DNA of 64,000 nt from Schizochytrium sp. TIO01 (lineage: Eukaryota > Protista > Bigyra: Labyrinthulomycetes). The stretch lies in contig SMSO01000006.1 in NCBI GenBank assembly GCA_004764695.1, forward strand, positions 697,859 through 761,858. Reading direction: 5' to 3'. Of the stretch, positions 47,707-61,286 are shown in pieces; the stretch's first letter is position 1; the number at the start of each line of letters is the position of its first letter. The notes beneath the pieces were generated by a model, which ran no database searches, was not told where the DNA came from, and saw only the letters and a list, made by a program, of their open reading frames with translations. A program made the position numbers and the translations under genes.

Positions 47707-50700
47707 GCTGTGCGGACTGTCTTCCTTCTCCATAGGAATTTGCCAACTTGATTACTGTGACCACTATTAGCGCAATATCCATTGCTTTACCTCAATTTTC
47801 ATAAAGGCCATGTAAACAAAAACAAGCCTTTGTTGACCATGACTGACTGTTCCCCCTTTCAATGCAGAATTGCATTGTGTGTATTAGAAGTAGATTCTGC
47901 TATCATTCTGTTTTAGATATGTGAAGCTTCCAGGTTTCAAGAATCTACCAAGATAATACCTTCCGTTCATGTATAGAGACTTCTCTTTTCTGCATGACTT
48001 CTGTCTATTCCTTTAAAATGAAAACACTGATATGCCTTCACTGCTCTATATTACCCTATAATTGATTGAAATCCGAGCTTTGATTACATTTGTATTTTGC
48101 CTCTCTTTTTCTTCTCGCACTATCGCGTCTCGCAGTTGTAGGATTTACAAAACCTCTTTAGGTAAGTCTCATTACTTCCTAGCATTTTATCAGGTCTAAC
48201 ACGGTATCTATGGTCCTTTCTCTTTGCTGTAGATACAAACAGAAATATCATTGAAGTTTCTCATGCTGACGAGCTGCAAAGCTGTTTTAGAATAAACAAG
48301 TTCTAACATATCCTGTCTCAACCTTACTACCTCTAATCGCGGATGGTAGTCTCTTGAAAGATCAAGCATGCTTTGAAATTTGATAAGAAATGACCGATTT
48401 TTCAAAAGAGCATCACTTTTAAATAAAGTGAAGCATCTACATAATTAGTTGAAAGAAGCATATCTTGATTTGAAGACTTCGTGTGTCAGTGAAAATCAAC
48501 GAGTGTAAGTTCATTATTTCTTACTTTCCTCTCTATACTAAGTCTTCGAGAGATTTGTACAATTTTGTGAATTAAACATTCTCTAGACCCTGAATGAAAG
48601 TACCCCCCAACCCCCGTCATATTCTACTTCCCTACGTGTTTAAGGAACACATGATATTTCTACACCTTGTTTAGATTCTATGAAATTGAGTGAGAAAACT
48701 CAATAAATAATTAACGCTTGTGATTGTAGTGATTGTCTCCACACACAAAAATAAGGCCGATGAGATATAATAAAGTAATGCTATCTCAGGAATGGAATAT
48801 GGCTACACCTTTGACTAATAAGGGAGGATATGTTACAACTCAATCAGAATCTAGACTCAGTGAATTTACAGTACGTGCTTGCATGCTGGACACCATTGAT
48901 CTCCATTGAACCAGAGTCCATGCTTTATGCCAGACTGTCTCAAGAATGTATAGTTTTCACTGAAGCTAGTATAGCTTGCACATTTTTCTGTTGCTCCATA
49001 CAAAGATTAACTTTCCACTCCTTAAATTTCTATAAAGGCAAGATTTAAACTTGCTTAGGAGATAAATAACAGCCTTTCAATGTTTTCAACAAGCATTTGG
49101 CCGCAGTTGAATGATCTTCTTTACTTGTGCTAATCTAGACGATCGAGTAACATCAAGTGGAAGCCACATTATGCAGGTTCACATATTTTAAACATGTCTT
49201 GAATTAATTATTCAACAGCTAGTTTGAGGAGTGTTTACTTTGAGTTGCCTGGTCAAGTTCTCTATCTGAGCAGAATCGATTACTAAACACTAGACTATTT
49301 GAGGGGTCGTTGTTGTCCATATAGAAGTGCAGGTCGTATTTTAAAAAGGATTTCTTGCATTGAAGATTCGAGTTAAGACTTCAACAGCTGGTTTCAGTTG
49401 GTACAGTGTATATATTGTGTTATCTGGTCAAGAGCTCTATCGGATCAGGGTCGAGCACCAAACATTAGACGTTTTGGGGAAGTCATTGTTGTTCATACAG
49501 AACCTTGATCTAGCTAACCATATGTACAGATCAATCTGCTTCGATGCCAACTTCCATTAAGGGTGTATATAGACGACGACGGGTCCTAAAAATACTTCCT
49601 ATTTGTATTGAACCGAGTTATTTCACATATTTTGCGTGGCTTTCATACGTGGCCAAACTATTTTGAAAAGTACAGCTTCTACATAAGTACTCGATAGACT
49701 AGCGTGAAACTAAATCAGTAATTCAAGTTTATCACAAAAAGAAAAGAAGCGCTTCAAAGATTTTATGGAACAAGTCATGTCTAACTAAGCTCCTATCATA
49801 TAGATTGCTTCATCTACTCCCCAAGCTAGCAGATCGTTAACACAGAAGCCTAATTTCAACCCTTTTTTTTTTTTCGAAAGATCACCCTTTTTTTCGAAAA
49901 ATCACCAAGTGGTGAACGTGTTGAAAGATAATTCTGGTCAGCTTGATGTTGACTCTAAAAATGAAGGCTTTAAGAAGTCTGATTTAAGAGCTAGCGAACT
50001 GCTGTCCTTGAGAATGAATTCCAGGATAGATGGACTCATGCAGTAGTTAAGGAGGCTAAGACATTCTTGCAAGGTGTTAGAGATAATCAATGAGGTTAGG
50101 TTTATTCAATTTCTTCAACTTCTTCAACCATCGATTCAAGTAATATAATACTTTGATGTAGGTTATGCGTAGTCACACTTTTGATTCTTGACACTGCGGC
50201 AGTCACATGACTTTGGCTGCCTACTCTTGCTCTGTTGTAAGCCCTATGTTTACGAGGGTTTCACAAAGGGACGCCAAGGAGTCTAGCAATGTCTTGTCCA
50301 CTAGTTCTTTCGATTGGAGATCACAGCAGAACTGTCTTGTTAACGTCTACTTGAGGGAATGATTCATACAGAGAAATGTAGATAACTAGTGTTTTTTTTG
50401 TTTAGCAGGCAACCTTTTAGACCCAAATTTTATTCTTACGTACCAAAAGCCCTAGAGTAAATTACACCGTTTCACTCTGGAATTCGCAGTTTCTACAACA
50501 ACCTCGACTGAGGCTAAACTGAAGCAAGCATGTTTGATTCAAACAAAGGAATTATATATTTTATGTATTTGTATATTTATATATTCGACGGTTGCTCCAT
50601 CTTTGAGCGGAGGGCATCAGTAATGGAGAACCCAGACAGACAATTAGTTCAGACTCGCTAGCCTCGAAACCTTGTGCTTAATAGAATTTGACTTTAAGGC

Positions 50701-53533
50701 CTTTAGGTCATATGCTCCGACCCTAAAAGAAGGAAATTATGAAAATAAAACATATGCATTGTCTATCTAGTTTAATTCTTTCTCAGACTCATCACTTCAG
50801 ATCAAATTCTCAAAGAAGTGATCAATTGATAATGACTACTTATATATAAGCTAAATGATACATATTTTCATTCATTTTAAGCGTTGGACACAGGCTCACT
50901 AAATCACCTTTTGAATATTTCTATGACAAAAGGAATGAGAAGATATCCACATATTTTTGCGTTGATCCAGAGTTTTGTTCAGCAAGAAGGATCATGTAAG
51001 ATTATAACTGAAAGAAGATGAAGGTCCAACTGCGATTTTTCGCATATTTTCTCGTAATCTCTCAACACTTTTCGTTCTCTGCATCATTCTCCACTCTAAT
51101 CTGTCGTTCAGAGTTTTTTTTAAATAGCATTTTTGGAGTTTAATTTTACCACTGCACGAATATTGTCCGATTAAAAATCTTATGTTGAAGCTTCAGGCAT
51201 AATGCTCTTGACTGATTTTTCGTTTGCGAATAGTAATGTATGAACACGAGAGGCGTGGTCGATTTTACTGTTGAAACCTAGTCGAACATCATCTAACAAA
51301 AGAAGATATACATAAGAGATACCGCGCGTAACGTTTGTTGAAACTAATTGCTATCCATGCAGCCTCTTTTGGAAATATCCAGACAAGAAACTCATGGCCA
51401 GCGTGGGAGTACTGACGAGCAGAGGAGTTTACTTGTCAGAACCTAGCCAAACAAAAAAGACAATGTGCATACAATATTTCATGCGTAGCGTTTAATGAAA
51501 CTAATTGTCCCTTATGTAATCTTCTTTTGGAGTTCCCAGACAAGAAACTCATTGACAGAGTGGGTGTATGATAACAAAATGACATGTTATATTTACTTGT
51601 CAAATCCTAGTTTTTTGAAAAAGGAAAAAGGATCGGATGGTGTGCGTAAAAGGGCTCCCATGTATGTTTTTTTACGCGAATAGTTCTTCAAATATGCTAC
51701 CTTGATTGACCATTTTAACTCAGGAAACTGAAGAACACCGTGGGTGTAGTGAAAAGCAGTGGCACGGTACATTTAATTTTTCGCAAACTAGTGAAACATT
51801 GATGCCTGCCGCGAGCTCAAATGCATGACGTTTTTTAAACTATTTGTAGTTCATGGAACCTCCTTTTAAGATTTCCAGACAATTAATTGATGGTTAGCGT
51901 GGGTGAAATGTCAATAAAGGGGCATGGAGTATTTCACTTTTCATAGCCTAATCAAACAAAAAAGGGAATTTGCTGCATTTGACCAAAACTCTGAAATCAA
52001 TCGTTTATTCACAAGATACAGCAATATAACTGTTGATCTTAATTAAAGTGGTTTGTGGCCATGTTGTGTGTGTGTGATGATAGGGTATGTATGGCCAGTT
52101 TTGATCGAGTAGTCGACTACCGATTACAATCGACTAATATATCCTTCCAAGAAAATAAAGCAGCCTTATACTTACTCTTTAACAAAGCTACTGCTGCCAG
52201 TGAATATGAAAAGCTCTCCATAGTCGATAAGTAAAGAAAGAATCACCCTAACTTAGAAGTCCATAAATAAAGAAGGAAATAACTCAGATGTATGCTATCG
52301 CGATCACGTGTTGTGGAGGGACTTTAATACCTTTGTAGACCATATAGAAAGTGCGACAAACCCTACTCGCATTGAGGACACACACGCAATGGGGCTTTTT
52401 GCACTCTGTGCTAAATTTCCCTCAGATTGTGTACATGCTCCTTCTATTTCTGACTTGTTTGGCCCTTATCGATGGTTTTTCGCTTTCGAAATGATGTCCA
52501 GCACTGGGTTTCACGAGAAAGTTGTGGGACAGGGTCACAATATTTATAACAAAGGGATAGATTTTGAGCCATTGTGATTCATAGAATCCTCAAGTATAGT
52601 AGTCCGAAGTATGGGATAAGCGGAGAGATACATCTACCTTTGTAACTTGAATTTGCAAGAGTCGCATCGAGGTGGAATTCTCTTTTAAAAGTTCTTTAGA
52701 TCTCTCCTGTGTGGCACCAATTACGTTTGAAAGAACAGAAACAAAGGTAGTACCCCTCCTGTGGTGTTTCTATTACCACATTATCATAAAAACCGACTTC
52801 GCTGCAGCTGGCGTAGCCTACCTTGTAAAGAAAGATATGTTCTCTTGTTCATTAATTCAACCCAACTATTTTCGCTATTTGTCACGTTAGGCACTACTAG
52901 GCAAGTAACGTAATTCACAGCAAACCAGAGACGCAGCAAAATCATTTGAGCAATCTCCAACACACTCACTCACTCACTCACTCACTCCTCCCATCCCCGG
53001 CTGCCAAGCTGCCATTGATCAAAAGAGCTGCTCTGCTGCCAGAGGCTCCCTTCCAGTCGTCTTGTGTTTCCGCTCACGAGCAGCGCGTTTTATTCCTTTC
53101 ATCTTTCTGCCCGAGGTCGGTCTGACCTTGGGCGCATACGTGGTGTGCAATGAATGTTCCAGGCTTACAAATCTGGAGGACTCAATCTGAACCTTGAGAA
53201 GCTTCGATGTGTTTGACTGTAGCTCATGCTATTTATTTTCCAAGCTGTGTTGTCTTCTCCATCGTGGATTGCCCAAGAAGCTACAGCTGTCGCAGCGGTG
53301 TAATGCTTCGCAGCTAAACTCGATCTTGGCTGCCTGGGCCGACCGACTGAGGCAGACAGCAAGCAGGTGGTAGGTAAGTGCTTTCACCGGTGGTCTTGAT
53401 TGGCGAAGAACGTTTGCGTCAGCGAGCAGCCTAGACCCGCGAGGGGAACGCGGTTTCGTCAACAAAGCGGCGCTGCAGTCGTTTCTCTTATCCCTATAAC
53501 TAAGAAGGGAGAGAACGTGGATACCTTTCTTTT

Positions 53534-53625
53534 GAAAGAAAGAAAGAAAGAAAGAAAGAATTAGAAAGAATTAGAAAGAAAGAAATAGAAAGAAAGAACT
53601 TAGAAAGAAAGAAAGAACTTGAAGA
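53534..53625 (+). repeat. Interrupted (AAAG)n array
   Basis: Directly visible. Confidence 0.92.
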
Positions 53626-53852
53626 AAGACCACTTACATTTATCTGTACACCAGCGGATGTATGTTGGCGCAGTCATTTCCACCCCGCTTCAACTTGCTC
53701 GCAGCCCAGTATTACTTGCTTGCTTGCAGGCCTCGCCACGCGGCTGAACTGCCGCATCGCCGCACATTATCGACCATACCCAGGCATGAAAGTACCTAGC
53801 CAGGCAGGTATCAGTATCGTGCACCGCCAATGACTAGTCTAGGGTTAGCATG

Positions 53853-53968
53853 CATTGATTCATACTCATTGATTCATACTCATTGATTCATACTCATTGA
53901 TTCATACTCATTGATTCATAATCATTGATTCATAATCATTGATTCGTACTCATTGATTCGTACTCATT
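53853..53968 (+). repeat. 14-bp minisatellite CATTGATTCRTAMT x8
   Basis: 4x CATTGATTCATACT, 2x CATTGATTCATAAT, 2x CATTGATTCGTACT, with no spacers. Confidence 0.95.
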
Positions 53969-56089
53969 CATTTGTTCATCATTCATTCATGCATGCGTCG
54001 GTCAGAGCTTGTCCAACAGCGAGTCCGCCACCATCATCGCACAGTCCGTTGCGTTTCGTCGGAATGTCCTTGGCAGAGGAGACTCCGCCGTGCGAAAGCT
54101 GTCTGTCTGTCGTTGGCTTGCTTGCCTGTAAGAACCGTCTCAAGAGCCTCGAGTCTTTTCATGCGATTTGATCCATGTGTCAATCAATCTCCAAGACTCA
54201 CTCAACTTGGAGGGCTGATTTCCTCTCTCCGCTCGAGGTCTGTCTTCGAGTGCCTGAGGCCAGCGACGTCAACTTCGATCTCTTTGGTTCTTCTTTCACC
54301 TTGACTGACTGACTGACTGAGTGAGTGATCGACTATCCAATAAGCTGCTGTTGGCTTTGGTTGACTCAAGTGAAGAACCCGAAGACTCGCTCGCCTGTCT
54401 ACGATCTCAACTTGCTAAGCATTTGGTGAAAAGAACCTACTTTTCAAAGCAAGCAAGAAAGCAAGCAACCAAGCTCGTCAAGGTTTCTCTCCTGGTCAAG
54501 ACGCGCACCACTAGCGCCAGCAGCGCAAACTGCCTCTGCCGTGAGCATGATGTCGTGTAACCTCCATTGCCGCGCTGCTTGCTTGAGTCCATTCTTCTTC
54601 AAGACCAAGACAAGATCATGATCAAGATCAAGACCAAGATTTAACTGAATGTTCTCTAGCTAGAGATATACTTTCCAACGTCATCCTGAAAACAATCGTG
54701 CTGTTGCCTTTCCTTGATCCCACATCGTCCGATACTACACATTCTCTGAAAACAGAACAGACTTTAGTTTAATCGGTTCAATCGAAAAAGGTTTTCAAGA
54801 ATCGTGAACTCTGATCCTCATCTCCGCTCGTCTTTCACGTCCTCCAAGACCCGCGAATTGGCGCTCTTCCAGCTTCCGTTGAAATATGCATCTCCCAATT
54901 CAAGCATTTCTACCCGATAAGCCTAGGTGCCGCTAGGAGGTCCAGCTGCGCTTTCTTTCCAAGAGGACCCGCCTCAGCCCAAGTTCTGCTACTTAGGCAG
55001 GTCATAAGAACTGCCTACTGACCTGCAACGCAAAATGAGGGCTCAGTTCAACGTGAATTCGAATTCCTCCTTGCGACGTGAAGACAGCTGCATTGGCAGG
55101 GCTCCGGGGCCCCTCTCTCAACCTAGCTACTCGCTAAATACGCTCACATTCCTTCCAGCGTTCGCAGCGTTCGCAGCTTTTCGCAGGCAAGTAAAGCTGA
55201 TGCTTCACAGCTTTCTTTCGTCGCTCGTTCATGATATGGTCTGTGTTTGAGAACACCCCTTCTAAATAAAGAAATCATAACCAAATCATGAATGAATGAA
55301 TGAATGAATGAATAAACAAAGAATAAGTAATTAAAACAAACAAACAAGTAAACAAGTAAATAAATAAATAAATAAATCAGTATGCAGGTATCTCGATACT
55401 TATGCGATAAAGGAAAGGCACTTGCGCTTAGATCTTGGGCATTGTTCTGCTCTGTGAAGATCGCGACAGCATCAGCCACAAACCTCTGCCTGAAGGCGGC
55501 GGCTCTGTCGCTTGCTACCATGCGATCGACCAATCTTCAGACAGAGCGTGGAGGCGTTCCAACCAAGAATTACCTGTCATTAACGCCCTCTATTTCCTCA
55601 AAGATTCCCGGTCTCTCCGCAAATGTGTCCTTGCCGTAGCAGCTAGCCAGTTAGCTATCCGATACTGCTAATACCTGCCTAGTAGCTATAGCTACCGGCC
55701 TCAAGAGGATGTAAGAAAGGGAAGAATCGTCCAAGTAAACACTGCAATCAATTACAACCTATTCCTCTTTTTTTAATGATTGCTAATTCATTCATTTCTC
55801 TTACAGAGTCAGCTCACGATTCGATTTACAACATGCAACACAACACCCAACTCACTCAGAAGAGCGACCTTGACAACCTCTCGTGTATCCATGTCAAGCT
55901 AGCAAGTATGCCTGTCGCAAAACCAGCAGCAGCAGCAGACTCCCTTCCATGAAGCCAATTAATTAACTAATGAAATCTACGTACGTACAGGCATACAAAC
56001 TACAGGTGGCGGGCTGGGACTGACCTCTTCCGACAAGAGCACTCAGCTTTTCAGCTCTTCGATTTTATAAGTTCATTGGTTTTCATCAA

Positions 56090-56141
56090 TTTCACGAGCT
56101 TTCACGAGCTTTCACGAGCTTTCTTGAGCTCGTGAAAGCTC
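56090..56141. repeat. (TTTCACGAGC)x3 plus a degenerate copy and an inverted copy forming a 14-bp hairpin
   Basis: GAGCTTTCACGAGC (56106-56119) is the exact reverse complement of GCTCGTGAAAGCTC (56128-56141). Confidence 0.9.
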
Positions 56142-59100
56142 AGGAAAGTTTTCAAAGGCTTTCAAAAGTTTTCAAGAGGGGGTTCGCTGGAGAGAGGGAA
56201 GAAGGTCAACTTCCAGGCAGGCTCCGCGAGCACGCAATCAAACACCTGCAAGCTTCCTGCTGCACACCGCATCCGCGAAGAGCGAGCCCAAGATATTGCT
56301 GTGCCTGCACAAGAGCGCCCAAGTCGCCTTGTACGGGCCCAAGATGTCTCTTCTCATGGAGTTCTCGGCCCAAGGGCGATCCAGAAATCAGCTCCCGCGG
56401 CAAACCCGATCTATTTCCTTCCAAAGTTTGCAGACACAAGTTGCGGAAGAGAGACTAAACCAAAGCAAAGCAGAGTAAACCAAATCATATGATATCAAAC
56501 CAATTCAATTCACTTCACTTCACTTCACTTCAATCGAATCGAAGTGGATCAGATCGGACCAAATCGAAGGCGTGGAAGCCATTTCATCATGGATTAAGTC
56601 GAACTTTGGGTGCACGAGCGCCGAAGTGTTTCATGCGGCATCTATGGAATTGCTGCAACGGAGGGAGAACCCATCCTATCCTACGATTGCTTGCTTGCTT
56701 GCTTGGTGAACTTGGTGAGTGCTTCAATGCGCTGACTTTTGCCGTTTTCTGGGAGAAGGGACGAATAAAACTTGAAGCATACGTGTAAGGCGAAGACGAA
56801 CGCGGACAGCAGAGCTGCCTGAAATTTGGGGGTTTGCACCAGAGCTGAGGAATAGATGAGTGAATACTCGAGTGAATGGATGGTCAACGGGTTCTTTCAT
56901 CATGGACGTTGCTGGCTGGCATGGCAGCCACCTTTCGCGAGATTAGAGTGAGTGAGCAGCTTTGTTTGGAATAATATGTGCTCCGCCAATTGGTTTTTAT
57001 CAGGCTGAAGAAGGTGTAGTAGGCATCTCTCTATCTATGTAGCCATCCGAGGCAAGATTGACGGATGAAGTTTTCTGCTTTCGTCATCATTTCCACGCGC
57101 CACAGCTTTCTTCCTGTCCGGTGTCTGAACGGTGCTATACATTCTCTGGCATTATTTCGCGGCAACAGAACTCGTAGCAGCAACTACTTGGTAGGTAGGT
57201 GTTGGTAGGTAGGCACGTACTACCACCTTCTAGTCCCTAGGTAAAGAAAGTTGTTGCATCTCACTTTTTCTTTCTCATAGTAGTAGTTTCATGGAAAGCT
57301 CAAGTACCCAGCAAGGTATCTGGAAGAGGGGCATGATGAGGTCATCATTTGCAAAAAGAAAAGGAAAAGAAGAAATTTTGTAAAATGATGTTTGCTGTTC
57401 TCAGGGAAAATATCATAAAAGATGAAAATCACAATACAATGGTCATTCCAAGTTGATCGAGAGACTAGTGGTACAACAGCTGAGTCGAATATTCATTTAC
57501 TATTCCATCCCCAAATTGGAAAGGTAAGATCGATTTTTCTAAAAGCCCTTAAAATTTGAGAAACCTGAAAGGAGCTCGCTCAGTTGAGATTTTAGTCACA
57601 AAATCAGAACTGAGAATAGGCGTCTACAGATTAAGACCAGACCGAAAAAGTTTCTTGGCGTTGGAACCAATTTTGAACCATCGATAACTATTATATGATA
57701 TGCATCCCCTCAGTTGACTCCCCAAAATTATTTCTGTGAATAAAATATTTGTTTTAAGCGCTCTCAAAAAAATTGCCTCTTCAGCGTAATACATACTATG
57801 GGATCTTCTTTCAAGATACCTTTATCATTTTAATTTTTATATTTATAAAATAATACATACTTTACATAATAAAACCCACAAAGACATTAATAACTAACTA
57901 CGACATGAGGCTGAGCCATGATTTGCATTGCCATGTTTTAGTCACAAGAGAAAAGTCCTTTCAAATCTTCTTTCTTAAAAACAAACGCAAAAGGACGCCT
58001 CAGATTTCACACAAGGAATTCATCGTTCGACCCGCTTCTCGAATAAACAGTTATCTACAAACTCATCGTGAATGGTCCTATCGCATTCGCCTTGCTCACT
58101 TGAGTTCCATTTGGTTCATACCGACAAAAGATGAATCTGAAATTGTGACGCGCCTTTATCTTTCATCGAACTGTTCAGTTGGCATCTTACCATCATCACA
58201 GTGCAACAGCGGAAGATGGATCTGACTGCGTTTTCATCCCCCCTCTGCAACTATAGTTGTTGCCCGCTAGTTGATCAGAAGCAGAGCATCTAACAAAGTA
58301 CGAACAAAGCTTCGTATTCCCATTTCCCCAGGGGTCTCGTAATCCACTTAAGACGCTAAACCCCTCAAAACTGGCATAAAGGACGAGACTACCTCAAACG
58401 AAGCTCGAAAAGTAACTATCAGAGGTCCATCATCTTTACCGAGCGGATGTCAATCTTTAAGAATCGGCACAGCACACTTCTGCCTGGTTCTTCAAAGGTC
58501 GCCACGAAGAACCAAATATGCGAAGCTCGTTTCCCACATCGTAGCTCTGCCTGCGTTGTTGCTTGGTAGGCTTGCATCATCGCGCGACGCGGGCCACGTT
58601 GCTTATCTTCAACGAGCTAGTGTTAGTTTTTGTGCACTCCGCTCCCCGTCTTGGGCCCGATCTCGTCCCGTTATTTGCTTTTTACTTTCCTGAAAAGCAT
58701 CATACGCCGCTTATTCATCGCAAAATCACAGCCAGTTCCAATTTCATCCCAAAAAGATCTGCGGCGCTGCGAGAAAGATACCTGAAGTACATCACCCATA
58801 CTACGCATCCTCGCCCTTCTCGACCCTGATCCTGGCTAGCTTCCCATGCTGCAATTGCAGCCAAAGTACGCTTCAGCCTTCAAGGCCAAACGAAATAAAT
58901 GGTTGAGCCAAAGCCACACATTTGATCACTTAGTGGACGATGACGATGATGATGATGGACTTTCTTTCTTTCAGACCGCTTGTTGCTGGCAAATATCTTG
59001 TCCTTCTCGCAGCACCGTTCATATGTATGTATGTATGTAGGTAGGTAGGTAGGTAGGTAGGTTTGGAGGTGCCTACGTAGTACGTGCCAAGTCCCAACCG

Positions 59101-59287
59101 CCTTGAGCAGCGGCGATTTATCTCCTGCCTTAAGGACCCATTTGGATCGTCAACGCGGCACGAAATCCCGTTATCCAGTAGAAGAACAGGACAAAACCAA
59201 ACAAAACCAATCACAAACAACAAGGCAGCAGGACCTACAAGCTGCCCCAAAACCTCGCAAAACTGTTCTTCAAAATAAAGGCCACGA

Positions 59288-59337
59288 GCTCGCTTGCTCG
59301 CTTGGTTGCTTGCTTGCTTGGTTGGTTGGTTGGTTGG

Positions 59338-59368
<31 letters not shown>
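59288..59368 (+). repeat. Compound (CTCG/CTTG/GTTG)n array
   Basis: Directly visible. Confidence 0.93.
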
Positions 59369-59369
<1 letters not shown>

Positions 59370-60572
59370 GAGGAAACATTCGAAGAGACGTCGAAGTATC
59401 GAACATCGTGAGCGAAGAATATCGTGAGCGGATATGGGTGGATTGGCAGATTGATCGGTTGATCGATTGATAAATAAATAGACGCATAGGCAGATGAGAT
59501 TGACGGATGTATCTTCCGCCTCCGTCATCTTCGTGGCGCACTCTGTCATCGTCGTCATCATTCTCCATCTCACCACATCACATTTATGCACTTTTCAACT
59601 TCAATGAAAGTAAGAAAGAAAGAGAGAAAGAGAAAAGAAAAAAAAAAACTTGCCTAGCTTTGTCTCTAAGTAAGCCATAGGCCTCCTTCCAGCTGGTGGG
59701 CTAGCTTTTCATAAATAAAAAATATTGTTATTATTATTAATTAAACATTATCTTTTAAATAAAAACAAAAATAGCAGGTACATAGATACTTGTTGAAGAA
59801 GAAGAAGAAGAATGAATGAATGAATGAAACAGTTGCACAGCAGGGAAGCTTCAAAGGCCGAGGCGAACAAAGGACCTCTCAGAGAACGCGAGAGGCCTCG
59901 AAACGGCACGCAGGAAGCACGCATTAAACCCGTTTTGCACCAGTGGGTCTAACTGAGCCTGAGATCGAAGAAGAAGCCTTCTTTCGATCTTCGACTGATG
60001 CTTCGCTCAATTCTCGAGGAAGATCCGGATCATCGATAATCTCCCCAAAAGAAAAAGAGAAAGAGAAAGAAAAGAGAAAGACAAAGAGAAAGACAAAGAC
60101 AAAGAGAAAGAGAAAGGAAAAGAGAAAGAAAAAGCCTCCTCCGGCTTTTATATCATCATGTAAAAATAACTAACTAACTAACTAAACAAATAAATAAATA
60201 GATAAATAAATAAATAAATAAAATAGATAAATAACTACTAGTGAACACCAACTTATGACTTAATAATAATCCCAGAGAACTTCAAGAAATCCGCTTCCTT
60301 CCGCTACCGCCACTCTCTGAGCTACAACAAACAGCTCAGGCTGTCACTGGCGATGATAATAACACCCCACTGGTTACCTGGCCTCCCTCCCTCCCTCCCT
60401 CCCTCCTCCCTCTCCCGCGCTGCTCCTGCTTCAATTGTCGTTGTCCTCGTCTTTCGTGCCTTCCTCCGCTTGCTTGCTTTGCTTTTCCACTATCCTGTAA
60501 ACTATCCAACGCCAGAGACCCAATCCGCAAGCCCAGGATTTCTCACATCAAACCATCACATACGATACTCCT

Positions 60573-60624
<52 letters not shown>
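60573..60624 (+). repeat. (GACA)13 microsatellite
   Basis: Directly visible. Confidence 0.95.
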
Positions 60625-61269
60625 GGCCTGTCTTCGGCCGATGTGCCTTGAGCCTGCGACAGCTCTGAAGGACCTCTTATGCGCTTTTCCGTCTGCGGCC
60701 GTGAAATGGAAACGGAAATGGGAATGGAAATGGAAATGAGAATGAGAATGAGGATGAGGATGAGACTGGCAATTTTTTAAATTTTATTTTTAGATTAAAA
60801 AAATTATGATAAAATAATAATGACGACGACGCAGGACTGATTTTGCCCCCCACACGGACATACAAGTGTTCCGCGCGCTCGCCCTCCCAAGCAGAGAGGC
60901 CGCCTGAACTTGCTGGTTTCTTCTCGTTCCGTGGATCGCGCAATCCTCCTCGCTTGCGGGCAGCAGAAAAGAACGGCCGCGGCCTCCCTCCTCGTCGCGA
61001 TCGACGCCCCCGCCTCCGCGCAAAGGCCGCCGGGAAGGGGAAGCCCTTCGCAGGACCTCGAGCTTGCTTCAAGTTCTGCCGCTCTGACTGACAGCCATGG
61101 ATGGACCAACGAACGAGATAATGAATGGGTCCATGGATCTCTGGATGGATCTGAGGATGGTCGATGGAACAGTGGAACATGGAACATGTAACTTGGAACA
61201 ATGGGTCAATGGAACAGTGGAACAGTGAGGTCGGACCCTGCGCCTGCCTGCGCCCAAAGTACCCCCCGT

Positions 61270-61286
61270 GGGGAGGGCAGGGTGGG
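61270..61286 (+). other. Canonical G-quadruplex-forming motif GGGGAGGGCAGGGTGGG
   Basis: Four runs of at least 3 G with 1-2-1 loops, in a GC-rich block ~1.35 kb upstream of the carrier ATG. Confidence 0.6.

Noticed and set aside
49440-49560. Minus-strand MVS*IKVLYEQQ resembling an RTE reverse transcriptase segment
   Set aside because: Neither the upstream DF.KAFD nor the downstream QG and ADD motifs were found.
53853-53968. CRISPR-like regular repeat
   Set aside because: No spacers, eukaryotic context and no cas genes.
60677-61257. Stacked ORFs up to 174 aa on both strands
   Set aside because: GC-rich, repeat-containing DNA with no domain and no codon bias.
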